In this document: positions 9,639 to 20,678 of the stretch, one piece after another
Layout of the letters: each line of letters starts with the position of its first letter
Numbering within the stretch: position 1 is the first letter of the stretch
Origin: Hormoscilla sp.
GTDB lineage: Bacteria; Cyanobacteriota; Cyanobacteriia; Cyanobacteriales; Desertifilaceae
Assembly (NCBI GenBank): GCA_051439505.1
Contig: JBFRWI010000102.1
Location: 1 to 64,000 of the forward strand
Length of the DNA: 64,000 bases
Reading direction: 5' to 3'
The notes under the pieces: model-generated
The model's input: the letters and a program-made list of their open reading frames with translations, nothing else
Database searches by the model: none
What the model was told of the DNA's origin: nothing
Made by a program: the position numbers and the translations under genes

Positions 9639-10532
9639 CTAATCCTCAAGCAAATGTAAAAAGCGGCGAATCAGACCAATAGTAACAGCAGGAACTTCCA
9701 GTTGAGGAGTCAACCCAACATCTTCGAGCTGTTGAAATTCCCGAATAGCTTGAGTATTCAGGGCGGCCAAACGCTTGCCAATCTCTGGACCTGTAAACTG
9801 AGATTTCTCTCCCCAGATGATGGCAGTTGGCACGTTCAACTGAGGAATATAGGCAGACAAATCGAAGCACAAATCCCCGCGCACGAAGGCAAGTGCGGCA
9901 TATTCGGCATTCGGTTGCTCTGCTGATTCCAGGTAGGCGTCCGCGATTTCTTCATATGCCCGATCGGGACTGGCAAACTGGCGGGAGAACAGAAAGCTGC
10001 GAATCCCCCCACTGGTAGCAATACCGGTACTATAGAGCAAGCGGTCCAGAAGGGGGGTGCTAGCCAGTTGAGCAAAGAAGCTGCGGGAGTAATCTTCTCC
10101 AAAATCAGACAAACCCGCAGGTGTAGTCAAGATCAGGGACTTAAATAACTCTGGGCGAGTAATGGCCGCTCTGATCGTGATTGCAGCAGTCAGAGAAGAA
10201 GCAATTACCGTAGTCGGTGCGCTACAGGTTTGCTCCAGAAACTCAATAATCGTCGTCAGATAATCGTCAATCTGGTAATTGCGTTCTGGATGCTCCGATC
10301 GTCCCCACCCAATTAAATCTGGAGCCAAAATGCGATAGTCCCAGGCAAAAGCTGGATAGACTTTTGACCACTCGTAAGCCGAGGAACCACCGCCAAAGCC
10401 ATGGAGAAACACCAAAGTTGGTAAATTTTCCCCATTTGGGGGTTGCCAAGGCGCTTCAGTTGCGGTATAATACACCATCCTGCCGATGGAGGTGACAATT
10501 GATTGCTGGCCGAAGCCTGGTGGCAGAAACAT
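9639..10532 (-). CDS. Alpha/beta fold hydrolase
   Basis: VFLHGFGGG, APDLIGWGRS, IIWGE. Confidence 0.9.
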   Translation of the reverse strand: MFLPPGFGQQSIVTSIGRMVYYTATEAPWQPPNGENLPTLVFLHGFGGGSSAYEWSKVYPAFAWDYRILAPDLIGWGRSEHPERNYQIDDYLTTIIEFLEQTCSAPTTVIASSLTAAITIRAAITRPELFKSLILTTPAGLSDFGEDYSRSFFAQLASTPLLDRLLYSTGIATSGGIRSFLFSRQFASPDRAYEEIADAYLESAEQPNAEYAALAFVRGDLCFDLSAYIPQLNVPTAIIWGEKSQFTGPEIGKRLAALNTQAIREFQQLEDVGLTPQLEVPAVTIGLIRRFLHLLED

Positions 10533-10886
10533 CCGCTAATCCTCTTCTTACTGGTTGATCTGTTTCGATCCTGCCTTAATCTTCCCCTCTTATACCAACA
10601 AATGCATTGTCAGCGGTCGGTTGTCGGGCCATGGCGTTTCAGCAAGCCTGGTGCCCACTGGCGAGCCTGGTACGCGGTCGCTACCGCCCGTGCTCCATTG
10701 AAAAATCGAAGATCATCTCCTATAGTGGGGGGTATGACCCATCAGCCAGAAATGCATTAAGATCGAGATGGTGTCTGGTTACATCATCAAACAGGGGGCA
10801 TCCTTATCTACCTAATAGAATGCTTTTGTTCTCCAGAGATTCTCTTTAAGAAGAGATTAACGCTGGGGAGCTAGGACCGTAGATAT

Positions 10887-11555
10887 ATGGAGGATGACAG
10901 TTTAAAAATGACTGCTTTTAACAAGTGGAGGGATGAAATGAAAGAACAATATAGTCTTCAATTTGACGATCTCGACCTGTGGGAAAGACCGGCACGTGAG
11001 GCTTTTATATCTGGTAAAGTAACAAGGTCGAGAGTCTCATTGCTGGAAAACATTCAGGTACAAGATTCCGTGTCTAATCTACATTCACAAGCGGACGGGC
11101 CCCGGCAAGGGTCGGGGACTGCACCGAAGTGCATAGCCTTAAACTTGGAAAATATCAAATCTTTTGAAGTGGTAGACCAGCAGTTTGCTGACTTGGGGGT
11201 AACGTTTACAAATGCGATCGCCCTACAGCCGTCTAATCCAGCTTTTCCGCCCCGGTCTGGTACGATGGTATTAATCGGCGGTCCCAGAAGCGGCTGGCTG
11301 GAAGCAAGCTTCCGAGAACCAGTCTCTTGCGTCAGCTGCTTTGTCACCAGTTCCCGGCAGATGGTGCTTTCTGCTTATGACGATCGCGACAAGCCGCTGG
11401 CCCAAGTGGAAATTCCTGAATCTAATTTAGCAGGATCTGACTCGGCGATCGCGCCCAACAGCAAACTCACATTACAGGTGCCGAACATCCGCAGAATTAC
11501 CTTCTACGCCTTTGACGGTCAATTCAGCATCGATGACTTCAAATTTTCTATCTAG
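10887..11555 (+). CDS. Hypothetical protein with beta-rich C-terminal domain
   Basis: Long ORF with plausible RBS and composition; ends 2 bp before the methyltransferase start. Confidence 0.75.
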   Translation: MEDDSLKMTAFNKWRDEMKEQYSLQFDDLDLWERPAREAFISGKVTRSRVSLLENIQVQDSVSNLHSQADGPRQGSGTAPKCIALNLENIKSFEVVDQQFADLGVTFTNAIALQPSNPAFPPRSGTMVLIGGPRSGWLEASFREPVSCVSCFVTSSRQMVLSAYDDRDKPLAQVEIPESNLAGSDSAIAPNSKLTLQVPNIRRITFYAFDGQFSIDDFKFSI

Positions 11556-11557
11556 GG

Positions 11558-12438
11558 ATGGCCAAACCTGACAAACTGTTAACAAAATACAGCGGTCGTT
11601 TGTTTGCGGACTCCATGGAACGAGAGAAATTTGTTAACGCCTTAATTTCTCCGACTCACGAACGGGGTTGCATTCTTTGGTGCCGAGAAAAACCTGCAAC
11701 AGAGCCCTTCGAGATTGAAGTGGCCCTGAGTTGGCAGCCTCAGTTTGTAGATCGCTTAACCCCGTCAGTCAGGCCGGGAAAACATTACTTGCATATCAGT
11801 GGTGCATACTACTGTCTAGACTTTTCTTCTGTCTTTGCCGCTACCACTCTATTAGCAATTTCTACTCCTGTAAAATTAGTCTTGGATATCTGTGCTTCTC
11901 CTGGAGGTAAGAGTATCTTTGCCTGGAGAGCATTACAACCTGAATTACTCCTATGTAATGAAGTTATTGGCAAGCGCACTGCTGCTCTGATCTCTAACTT
12001 AAGGCGCTGTCAAATTCACCCATCTGCAGTTATGATTCTGGATACCAAAGTCCTGGCAGAAAGGATCCCCCAAACTGCTGATGTGGCGATCGTTGATGCA
12101 CCTTGTAGCGGTCAATCTTTACTGGTTAAAGGTATTAAAAATCAGGGATGTTTTCATCCAGTTACTATTAATAAAAATGCTAATCGTCAAAAAAGAATTT
12201 TAGCTAATAGCGCGCAGTTGGTCGCGCCCCAAGGCTATCTTGCTTACATGACCTGTACCTATGCGATCGCGGAAAACGAGCAGGTATGTGGGTGGTTTCT
12301 GAAGAGATTTCCGCAGTTTGTGCCAGTGGTCGTACCCGATCTCGTTCCATATCAATCTCATCTGAGCGACCTACCTTGCTATCGAATCTGGCCTCAATAT
12401 GGTCTGGGGGCGGGTGCATTTTCCGCCCTGTTTCGCAA
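11558..12438 (+). CDS. RsmB/NOP (RsmF-like) RNA m5C methyltransferase, 3' end interrupted by an IS
   Basis: LDICASPGGK, VDAPCSG, YMTCT motifs; the ORF reads into the IS to 12556; native tail lies at 14881..14958. Confidence 0.9.
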
Positions 12439-14879
12439 GGGTGTGGTCAAAAACAGTTGGTACGGGAAGACCTCGCGAGGTGTACGGCGTTGCCTTCCGA
12501 GCGGATATATGTCTATTTATGTCATAATTAGTCGGACTCCTGGGTTTATGGTGTAACTTGTATACTGAGATACAATTTTTGGAGAATAAAAAAGGCCGAC
12601 TGCCAAGAGATGGCGTAGGCGTATATATAAGTAAAACTTATCATCTTTACCCAAGAAGACCCCAATTAGTCGCTCTTGAGCGGGAGCCCCTTAACTTTGG
12701 CGTTAGCTTATAAAAAGCGAACTAGCATGCTTTCGTGCGACTCCCAGGACCCAGAGATAGAGTTCCTACCCTCGCCGCCGCACACTTCCCTGCGATCTTC
12801 TATATTCTCTACTCTTAAATGAGCACACTCCTGCACCATTCCCGATCAAGTTTAAGTCAAACACGCACCGAAAATTTACTCCCCCTGTTGGATAAGTTAA
12901 ACATCACGCTGGTATCGCTAGTAGATTTGTTTCAGGAATAAATTGTTGCCAAAAATCAGACCACCAATTATTAGCTTTTATCAGGCGTAAAGCTAACATC
13001 GGATTAATATTGTCCGGATGCCAAGTTGCGCCGGGAATCTTTAACCTCTGTTGTGGAATGTAGCGATGCGCGCTTTCAATTTCTCCTGAACCTATTGGTA
13101 AACCTAACTCGATAAACCGGTCATAATTAAGGCAATCATAAAATTGCTGAAGATACTTATACAAACGGGCTAAACGCTCTGAAGCTTTTGGACCTTTTGC
13201 GGTTATCTCCGCCGACGCCGGACCGTCATCCAGATATTTTTTGAAGTCTGTCAACACTTCTTGTACTCTACCGGCATCAATAAGCGATAGTTCTTTTTTT
13301 ACCAAATTTTGCTTTTTGCTTCCCGACAGCCCCAGAGATTCAGCCGTTTCATAAAGATGTTGCTTGAGATGACAACGATCTAGAATAAATTGCAGATTGC
13401 TAAATTGCTTCTGGAGTTCTGATCGTAGTCCATTCCCACCATCTCCGACTGCATATACATTGCTAAGCAACGACATCCCCTGATCTATTGCCGCACTTAC
13501 TAATTGATTAACTACCTCTGGATATTTGCTCATTTTTGCTACGAAAGTCCGTTTTTCTTTGTTTTCAAGCTCCCGCGCGAAACCAACTCTAACTTCACGC
13601 CACTCTGTGGTCCGCTCTTTTTTTGGCAGATGCCGTTTTTTGGTTAACTCTTGGGTTTGGGTTTGAGCTAATTGGAAAATCCCCGTGCGAAGATGACAAC
13701 CATCCATTTCCACCAAAATTTGTTCAACTCCAGGTCTTTCATCAAGAGGTTTATTATATGAGGTTTTTAAACTTTCTAGTCGTTCCGAGACATACTCTTC
13801 AGCTTGGGGAGCGATTTTGACTACTGCTCTTCTGAGTCTATAGCGATCGATACACCATCCATAGTGCTGTTCAAATTGCTGAGCCGCTTGTTGATAAGAT
13901 TGAGAGGCTCCCAAATTAACTAATGCCTTTTCTAAATCTACAGAACGTTTTCCATCAGTAATGCCGAGTTGGTTTTTGACCGGACGCGCTCCTTGGGAAG
14001 TTTTGCGGTTCCAGAGATAGGGAGAATCTACTTCTATCGGACCAAATAGTCCGAAATATTTAACTTTTTCGCGACGATGAACGTGATATCCTAATTTCAA
14101 GTCATCGTCAGTTACCTGAGAACTTAAGTGACTCAAAAGCATCGACATTAGTTGCAAACCTATCTGGCGTAATAATTGGAAAATGTTCCCGTCTAGACCT
14201 GGTACTTGACCCGCTAAATTTGACTCTCGTTCACAAATGGCATTGAACAATAATTGACAGACTTCTGTGATAACATCAGCGTAGTCTTTTTGCATGGAAG
14301 TATTGATATTGCAATGCAAGACATTATCAATACTTCCATTTTTTTCTTTCTATGCAAGTACGGATATTACGATAAAAAAGCGCAACCCCCTCACCCCTCA
14401 CCAACTATTTATAAGATCCTTTCAGCTGCACAAAGTGGCTTACGTAAAAAAGCTTTTTGGTAGTAGCTTTACGCAGGGAAATATCCGTATTTGCTAAAAT
14501 TTTATATGTCAGAAGTAGTCAAATATCAATTTTATGTATAACTATCTGTCTTAATAGTGAAGAGATTTGCGAGTTTTTACGGATGTAATCGCGGTATTTG
14601 TTGATAGTCATTTGCTGCCGATAGCTTTAGGAGGCTCCCTGAGCGAGCGACTAATTGGGGTCTCCTTGAGTTGGTGATAAGTTTTACTTATATATACGCC
14701 TACGCCATCTCAAGGCAGTCGGCCTTTTTTATTCGACAAAATTGTATCTCAGTATACAAGTTACACGATAAATCCAGGACTGCTCCTAATTATGACATGA
14801 ATTGACAGATATCCTCTCATCAGGCAACGCCGTACACCTCGCGAGGTCTTCCCCGTACCAACGGTTTTTGACCACACCC
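12439..14879. mobile_element. ISKra4-like (Mutator-type DDE) insertion sequence with ~250-bp imperfect terminal inverted repeats
   Basis: 12439-~12690 is the imperfect reverse complement of ~14630-14879; 9-bp target duplication GTTTCGCAA at 12430-12438 and 14880-14888. Confidence 0.92.
12904..14319 (-). CDS. ISKra4/UPF0236-like transposase
   Basis: VEMDGC, AVGDGG, FILDRCHLKQHL, GLPIGSGEIESAHR...QRLK..GATW motifs. Confidence 0.88.
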   Translation of the reverse strand: MHCNINTSMQKDYADVITEVCQLLFNAICERESNLAGQVPGLDGNIFQLLRQIGLQLMSMLLSHLSSQVTDDDLKLGYHVHRREKVKYFGLFGPIEVDSPYLWNRKTSQGARPVKNQLGITDGKRSVDLEKALVNLGASQSYQQAAQQFEQHYGWCIDRYRLRRAVVKIAPQAEEYVSERLESLKTSYNKPLDERPGVEQILVEMDGCHLRTGIFQLAQTQTQELTKKRHLPKKERTTEWREVRVGFARELENKEKRTFVAKMSKYPEVVNQLVSAAIDQGMSLLSNVYAVGDGGNGLRSELQKQFSNLQFILDRCHLKQHLYETAESLGLSGSKKQNLVKKELSLIDAGRVQEVLTDFKKYLDDGPASAEITAKGPKASERLARLYKYLQQFYDCLNYDRFIELGLPIGSGEIESAHRYIPQQRLKIPGATWHPDNINPMLALRLIKANNWWSDFWQQFIPETNLLAIPA

Positions 14880-14880
14880 G

Positions 14881-14958
14881 TTTCGCAATACAGAAGAGGG
14901 AAAAAGCGCCAGCATCCCCGATAATTTTTGGCAAGATTTCCGTTTAACTTATTTATAA
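14881..14958 (+). pseudogene. Detached native C-terminus of the RsmB/NOP methyltransferase
   Basis: FRNTEEGKSASIPDNFWQDFRLTYL* continues the frame once the IS and one target copy are removed. Confidence 0.8.
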
Positions 14959-14987
14959 GGGAAAAACGAGGTATCTCTATATGAAAG

Positions 14988-15857
14988 CTATAGCTGTTCG
15001 ATCCTTGTCCGTAATTCCACGAGATCGGAATGCTGAGTGATATCAAGCTGAGTAATGGCCCAATCAAAAAATCTCTTTATAGAAATGTAATCAGGTTCTT
15101 GTATTTGCATAGCCTTTTGAATATCTTTGCCGTGAAACCATATCAAATATTGCCTTTGTTCCCAAAACTCCGATCGAGCAAACTGCTGTTGATAGATAGC
15201 AAGACTCTCTTCAAATCGATCTCCAGTAATCGTTCCAATATCCTGTCTAAATTGGTCAATTAATTTGAAGGCTTCAGTTCGACAATCTTGCAGAACTAAT
15301 GAGGCAGGAAGTTTGCCACTACCACCTGTCCATGTGGTTTTGAGGTGTGTCCGTGCGGCACTCGTGTTGACCAAGTCCGATAAGGCCCATCTGACAGCTT
15401 GATACTCTTGCAGGATCCCGGCGCTAGCTTTAATCCATTCTGAAATGGTCTCCATTCCAGGGGAATCCCCATGTCCCCATTTAGAACTGGGATTTGCCTG
15501 CTTTTCTAAATACTTTGCTCTCCAATAGCTGTGAATTAGATTAGCATCTAAAAGATAGTTTTCCACGCAAGCGCTATGAGTTAGAAACATCCGTTGTCCC
15601 AGTTGGAGTAATTGGATATTGGCAGTAGGTTGACTGTCGAAATCCCGATCGCGGAAGATAATATATCGCTGTTCTCCCGCTTCCTCTGGAAAGAAGTAAC
15701 CCTGAGCAAAAACCGAAAAAGTAAACTTACCACCTGCTGCAACAATTGCCGGTCGATTTCCGGGCAGGCCCTGGACCACTCTTTTAAGCAACCTGGCGTC
15801 TAAACTAGATTGCTTGCCTTCACAAAAAATAATTTTTTTCCCACTAACGACACTCAT
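14988..15857 (-). CDS. TOPRIM-fold nuclease-like protein (DUF4435/OLD-type)
   Basis: IIFCEG...D, GGK, FRDRDFD, VENYLL, HGKD motifs; starts 2 bp after the ATPase stop. Confidence 0.7.
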   Translation of the reverse strand: MSVVSGKKIIFCEGKQSSLDARLLKRVVQGLPGNRPAIVAAGGKFTFSVFAQGYFFPEEAGEQRYIIFRDRDFDSQPTANIQLLQLGQRMFLTHSACVENYLLDANLIHSYWRAKYLEKQANPSSKWGHGDSPGMETISEWIKASAGILQEYQAVRWALSDLVNTSAARTHLKTTWTGGSGKLPASLVLQDCRTEAFKLIDQFRQDIGTITGDRFEESLAIYQQQFARSEFWEQRQYLIWFHGKDIQKAMQIQEPDYISIKRFFDWAITQLDITQHSDLVELRTRIEQL

Positions 15858-15859
15858 AA

Positions 15860-16921
15860 TTATTCCTCTATGCGGACGATATTTTCCTCGGGCACTAAGC
15901 TCTCTACATAATCCGAGTGCGTTGTAATGATGAATTGATTATTTTCACCTAACTTGGGCAATGCACTCAGTAATGCTTGTTGCATTGGCGGGTATAAGTG
16001 CAACTCAAGTTCATCAATTAAGATGACTGAATTATGAATATTCCAACTGGCAAAGTCCATTGCCATGGGAAATACAGCACGTTCTCCCCCAGACATCTCA
16101 GAAATTTCATACTGGTTTTTGCCGTTGTCCAGATAAAACCATGGTTCGCTGAAGATGTCATCAATCTGCTCCCGGGGGACCGGACCTGCAAAACTACGAT
16201 CGGGAAAAACTGCTTTTAATCTCGATTCAATTTCAGCATACAAATCCTTTTGTCCCGGTCGAATTATCTTAATTTTACCACCTTCGATATCTTGATGAAA
16301 TTGCCGCAACTTAGAAAGGCGATCGCGCAATATATCATCAGTAATTTCCAGTCGGCGATCGGGGTTTTCCGGGGTGAGGCTTGTGGAAGTTCTCTGTTCC
16401 GTATACCAAAGGACTGTGCCTACCCGCTCGAACAGCTGGAAACCTTCAGAACGAAGCAGTTGCTTGGCATATTCTCGTCCTTGGAATTGAAACAATTCCG
16501 CAGCGGTATTCCCTTGCACGCGATCGCCCTGCCATCGGAGCTTGACAATATGCTCTTGGGCAGGAGAAGATAAGTCGTGCCCCATCTGAACTAATTTCTG
16601 CTGGAACTCCCGGACTGCTTGCAGTTCTGGAGATGAAAACTGTAGCTGGAGAGTAACTTCCGGTTCAAAACGTCCCCAGTTGCTGCTAATCAGTTCATAG
16701 TTAAAACCCGGCCATTCCAAGTCAGATAGTTTTTTCAATCTCCCAGTTGCTACCCCCAATGTTGCCGCGATCGCCTGTAAAATGCTCGTCTTGCCCGCAC
16801 CATTCATGCCGATCAGAACGATCAGATCTTTGGCTAATCCTGTTTCTGAATCGGTAAAATCGAATACTGGGGGCTGACCAAATCTCTTGAAATACTTTAA
16901 CTCGATAGATTGAATTTTCAT
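15860..16921 (-). CDS. ABC/AAA_21-type ATPase
   Basis: GMNGAGKT Walker A, MSGGE signature, ILIDELELHL Walker B, ITTHS. Confidence 0.9.
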   Translation of the reverse strand: MKIQSIELKYFKRFGQPPVFDFTDSETGLAKDLIVLIGMNGAGKTSILQAIAATLGVATGRLKKLSDLEWPGFNYELISSNWGRFEPEVTLQLQFSSPELQAVREFQQKLVQMGHDLSSPAQEHIVKLRWQGDRVQGNTAAELFQFQGREYAKQLLRSEGFQLFERVGTVLWYTEQRTSTSLTPENPDRRLEITDDILRDRLSKLRQFHQDIEGGKIKIIRPGQKDLYAEIESRLKAVFPDRSFAGPVPREQIDDIFSEPWFYLDNGKNQYEISEMSGGERAVFPMAMDFASWNIHNSVILIDELELHLYPPMQQALLSALPKLGENNQFIITTHSDYVESLVPEENIVRIEE

Positions 16922-17367
16922 AAGCTTTCCCCGATCGCCTGCAAGTCGCGAACCATCTGCGGCCTATTTTACCACAAACCCGCTGGCCGGATTTGCTCTT
17001 CTGCGCCGGCGGTCCTGGAGGCGATCGCCCCATATCACTCTCGCCCCCTCACTTCCTCACTACTGCCGGTGTATGCAGGTTTGGCAATAGAGAACGGGGC
17101 CCCGGATCGACCTGTATCCCCATACCATATATTATCTACAAAAGCAAATATCTTGGATTTTTTTAACCTTTATGCTATGCTATGGTCTATAACCAGGCAA
17201 CAAAAAGCTAGGTTGATTAAAAAATTTAACATTTAGTAACACAATTTAAGAAAATCCGCTCCCATGTTGCTTTCAACGAGTTAACAGCACCCCCGAAGCG
17301 AAGTAAGAGTAAAAGTAAATTTGCTGACAATAAAAGAGATCGCACCTTCTCTAAATCCAATCAGCAC

Positions 17368-19767
17368 ATGATCGACATTCTAGAAAGCATCACAGATGCA
17401 ATTTTTGTTTTAGACCAACAGTGGCGGTTCGCATATCTGAATCGTCAGGCAGAGTCGCTATGGCAAAGGACCACCGAAGAACTCCTGGGCAAAAATATCT
17501 GGCAAGAGTTTCCCGAGACTGTCGGCGAACCCTGCTACCAGGAGTATCAGAAAGCCCGATCCCAACAGACGCCAGTTACCTTTGACTCCTATAACCCCAG
17601 TCTGGACCGATGGTTTGAGGTGCGTGCTTTCCCCAGTGCCGAGGGACTGTTGGTGCAGTGGCGGGATATCACCGATCGCAAACGCACAGAAGAGGCGCTG
17701 CGCCAAAATGAAGCCAGAAATCAAGCCTTCCTGAAGGTGCTCCCAGATGTCATGTTTCGTATTAACAGAGATGGCACCTATCTAGATGCGATCGCATCCT
17801 ATGGCAATAAGCTGTTGTTACCTCCTCCGGAATTAATTGGCAAAAAGGTACGGGAAGTTCTGCCACCAGATCTAGCAGATCGGATGATGCATTACATAGA
17901 GCAAGCTCTAGTGACAGACATTATCCAAATTTTTGAGTACCAGCTGTTAGTAAAAGGCTCACTGCGCGATCGAGAGCAGCGGGTAATCAAAAGTGGCACG
18001 GATGAAGTCATGACAATTGCCCGTGATATCACCGATCGCAAGCAGGCAGAGCAAACCGTAGTCCAGCAAGCACAAATCATCGATCAAATTCACGACGCTG
18101 TCATTACTTGCGATTTAAATGGAATGGTGACCAGTTGGAATAAGGGTGCTGAAAAAATGTACGGCTATGGGGAGTCCGAGGCGATCGGCAAACATATATC
18201 ATTTATTTACCCACCAGACCAGCAGGAGTTTCTGCAAACGCAAGTGCTCGCTCCAGTGCTGCAAAAAGGCAGTCATGAAGTGGAAACTCCGAAGATCAAG
18301 AAGTCTGGAGAAAAATTCTGGACTCATGTTTACCTGACCCTGCTCAGAGATGCAAAAGGAAAGGTGATTGGCATCATCAGTTCCGGGAATGACATCACAG
18401 AGCGCAAGCAGGCAAAGGAAACCCTGCAAGAGAGCGAACAATTCCTGCGGAGTATCTACGACGGAGTTGAAACATGCATTTTTGTGGTAGATGTGGGAGC
18501 TGATGGCAACTTCTATTATGCTGGGGTAAATCCAGCTCACGCGCGCTTGACTGGCATCCCATCAGAGCAGTGGCAAGGCAAAACTCCCCAACAATTGTTG
18601 CCAGCAGCGGTAGCAGAAGGGATAGAAGAGCGTTATCTCAATTGCTTGAGGGGCGGCAAAACAATTTTATATGAAGAATACTTGCCGCTGAGGGGCATAA
18701 ATACTTGGTGGCAGACAACTCTTACCCCCTTGCGGGATGGACGGGGGCGCATCTATCGGCTGGTGGGGACCAGTACCAATATAACAGTCCGCAAACAAAC
18801 AGAGTCAGCTTTGCAGCAAAGTGAAGCACAGTTGCGAGAGCAAGCTAACCAATTGGAACTGACTCTACAGGAACTGCGCGCAACTCAAAGTCAGCTTGTG
18901 CAAAACCAGACTATGTCTTCTCTAGGTCAGCTAGTTGCTGGCGTGGCCCATGAAATTAACAATCCCGTTAATTTCATTTATGGGAATGTGGTCTATGCTA
19001 AGGAATATGCTCTCGACCTGATGCGCCTGGTTAATCTCTATACTCAGCATTATCCCCAGCCAGTACCGGAGATTGAAGCGGCAACTGATGAAATTGATAT
19101 TGATTTCATCGCTGCTGACCTGCATAAACTCTTAGATTCGATGAAAGTGGGGGCCGAACGCATCCGCAATATTGTCCTGTCCCTGCGCAATTTCTCCCGC
19201 CTGGATGAGGATGGGTTAAAGGCGGTGGATATTCACGAAGGGATTGATAATACTCTGCTGATCGTCCAGCATCGCCTCCATCCTCAGCCCACAGGAAGAG
19301 ATCGGGAGATTCAAGTCATCAAAGAATATGGTAACTTGCCCTCGGTGGAGTGCTATCCCGGACAGTTGAATCAGGTGTTTATGAATGTGATAAATAATGC
19401 GATCGATGCTTTGTCTGATTCATTTGCCATCAGCAAAAAAGCGGGAAAGAAGTCCGGCGATGGCGGTGATGGAAGTGAAATGCAGAAAACTCCCAGGATT
19501 TGGATCTGCACGGAAGTGCTGAAAAAACATGCCCGCGTGGTTATCAAAATTAGAGATAATGGACCGGGAATAGCTGAAGATATTCTATCACGCATATACG
19601 ATCCCTTCTTTACTACTAAACCGGTGGGTGAAGGGAGGGGATTGGGTTTATCTATGAGCCACAAAATTATTGTCGAGAAGCATCTTGGCATCCTGAATTG
19701 TACTTCTCAACCGGGAGTGGGCACGGAGTTCGCGATCGAACTTCCCATCTTTCGCCGCCATAAGTAA
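17368..19767 (+). CDS. Multi-PAS sensor histidine kinase
   Basis: Four PAS/PAC-like segments ending DIT.RK or NITVRK; AHEINNP; DNGPGI; GRGLGL. Confidence 0.93.
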   Translation: MIDILESITDAIFVLDQQWRFAYLNRQAESLWQRTTEELLGKNIWQEFPETVGEPCYQEYQKARSQQTPVTFDSYNPSLDRWFEVRAFPSAEGLLVQWRDITDRKRTEEALRQNEARNQAFLKVLPDVMFRINRDGTYLDAIASYGNKLLLPPPELIGKKVREVLPPDLADRMMHYIEQALVTDIIQIFEYQLLVKGSLRDREQRVIKSGTDEVMTIARDITDRKQAEQTVVQQAQIIDQIHDAVITCDLNGMVTSWNKGAEKMYGYGESEAIGKHISFIYPPDQQEFLQTQVLAPVLQKGSHEVETPKIKKSGEKFWTHVYLTLLRDAKGKVIGIISSGNDITERKQAKETLQESEQFLRSIYDGVETCIFVVDVGADGNFYYAGVNPAHARLTGIPSEQWQGKTPQQLLPAAVAEGIEERYLNCLRGGKTILYEEYLPLRGINTWWQTTLTPLRDGRGRIYRLVGTSTNITVRKQTESALQQSEAQLREQANQLELTLQELRATQSQLVQNQTMSSLGQLVAGVAHEINNPVNFIYGNVVYAKEYALDLMRLVNLYTQHYPQPVPEIEAATDEIDIDFIAADLHKLLDSMKVGAERIRNIVLSLRNFSRLDEDGLKAVDIHEGIDNTLLIVQHRLHPQPTGRDREIQVIKEYGNLPSVECYPGQLNQVFMNVINNAIDALSDSFAISKKAGKKSGDGGDGSEMQKTPRIWICTEVLKKHARVVIKIRDNGPGIAEDILSRIYDPFFTTKPVGEGRGLGLSMSHKIIVEKHLGILNCTSQPGVGTEFAIELPIFRRHK

Positions 19768-19898
19768 ACATCGTTCGTAGTAAGAACTTTAGTTCTTCCC
19801 GGGCATCGTTCGTAGTAAGAACTTTAGTTCTTCCCCGGCGCGAAAGTGCCTTAAATTATCAGTTTTGGCACCCCCTCGCAATGACAAGTTGTATCCTT

Positions 19899-20678
19899 TT
19901 AAGTATTGTGGTAGATCCGATCGCATATCTGAGTGAAGATACTTTGCAAGTTCTGTTTTGCCCGATCGAACTCCGGCACCTGCCAACTGGGAACGATGGG
20001 GCGATCGAGTTCCTGGGAGTTCAGATAGACTGGATAGCGCAATTCAATTTGTAAAGCTTCTACCTGGGGAGGTTGGCCGTAGTTGCGGACAATGTAACCT
20101 CCACTAAACACTTTGTTACGCACAATTTGATATTCCTTAGCATTAAAAGTCTTCTCGACAGTGGCGATGAAAAACTCCGAACAACTCTTACCATTAACAT
20201 TTCCCAAGCAAACTTCATCGGTAATTATTCCTAAGAAGCTATGCAAATCTAACAGATAGACTTTACCATATTCCTCGATCGCCCGCTCCAGTAATTGTTG
20301 AAGTTGTTGATGATAGGGTCGATAATATTGCTCGATGCGCTGTTCGATTTCCTGGGGAGATGGTAAAATTTGGTAAAGCGGTACGTCGAAGGCGGTTTTT
20401 TCTGGTATGGGCGATCGCCAGAAATTCCCGAAAAAGGGTTCTTTTCCAGGACGATTGAGATCGACAACATAGCGACTATAGATTGCTTGTAGGACAGTGA
20501 CGCCCAGATCGGGCAAGAAATCGTAGAGTTTGTCAAGATGCCAGTCTTGGTTGGGAAGGTAATGGCGATGTTCTTCTTTCAATTGTAAAGCCATTTCGGA
20601 GGTAATCGACAGTCCGCTGTGGGGAATGCTGGCAATAATGGGAGATATTTTCGCTTTGTGGAGAATATAGGGAAGCAT
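19899..20678 (-). CDS. N-formylglutamate amidohydrolase family protein
   Basis: SIPHSG, DWH..LYDF, SRYVVDLNR, YYRPYH, LLDLHS, ALQIEL. Confidence 0.9.
   Translation of the reverse strand: MLPYILHKAKISPIIASIPHSGLSITSEMALQLKEEHRHYLPNQDWHLDKLYDFLPDLGVTVLQAIYSRYVVDLNRPGKEPFFGNFWRSPIPEKTAFDVPLYQILPSPQEIEQRIEQYYRPYHQQLQQLLERAIEEYGKVYLLDLHSFLGIITDEVCLGNVNGKSCSEFFIATVEKTFNAKEYQIVRNKVFSGGYIVRNYGQPPQVEALQIELRYPVYLNSQELDRPIVPSWQVPEFDRAKQNLQSIFTQICDRIYHNT

Noticed and set aside
14786..15067. 93-aa ORF resembling the end of ORF 11558..12556
   Set aside because: The similarity comes from reading into the IS inverted repeat; not a gene
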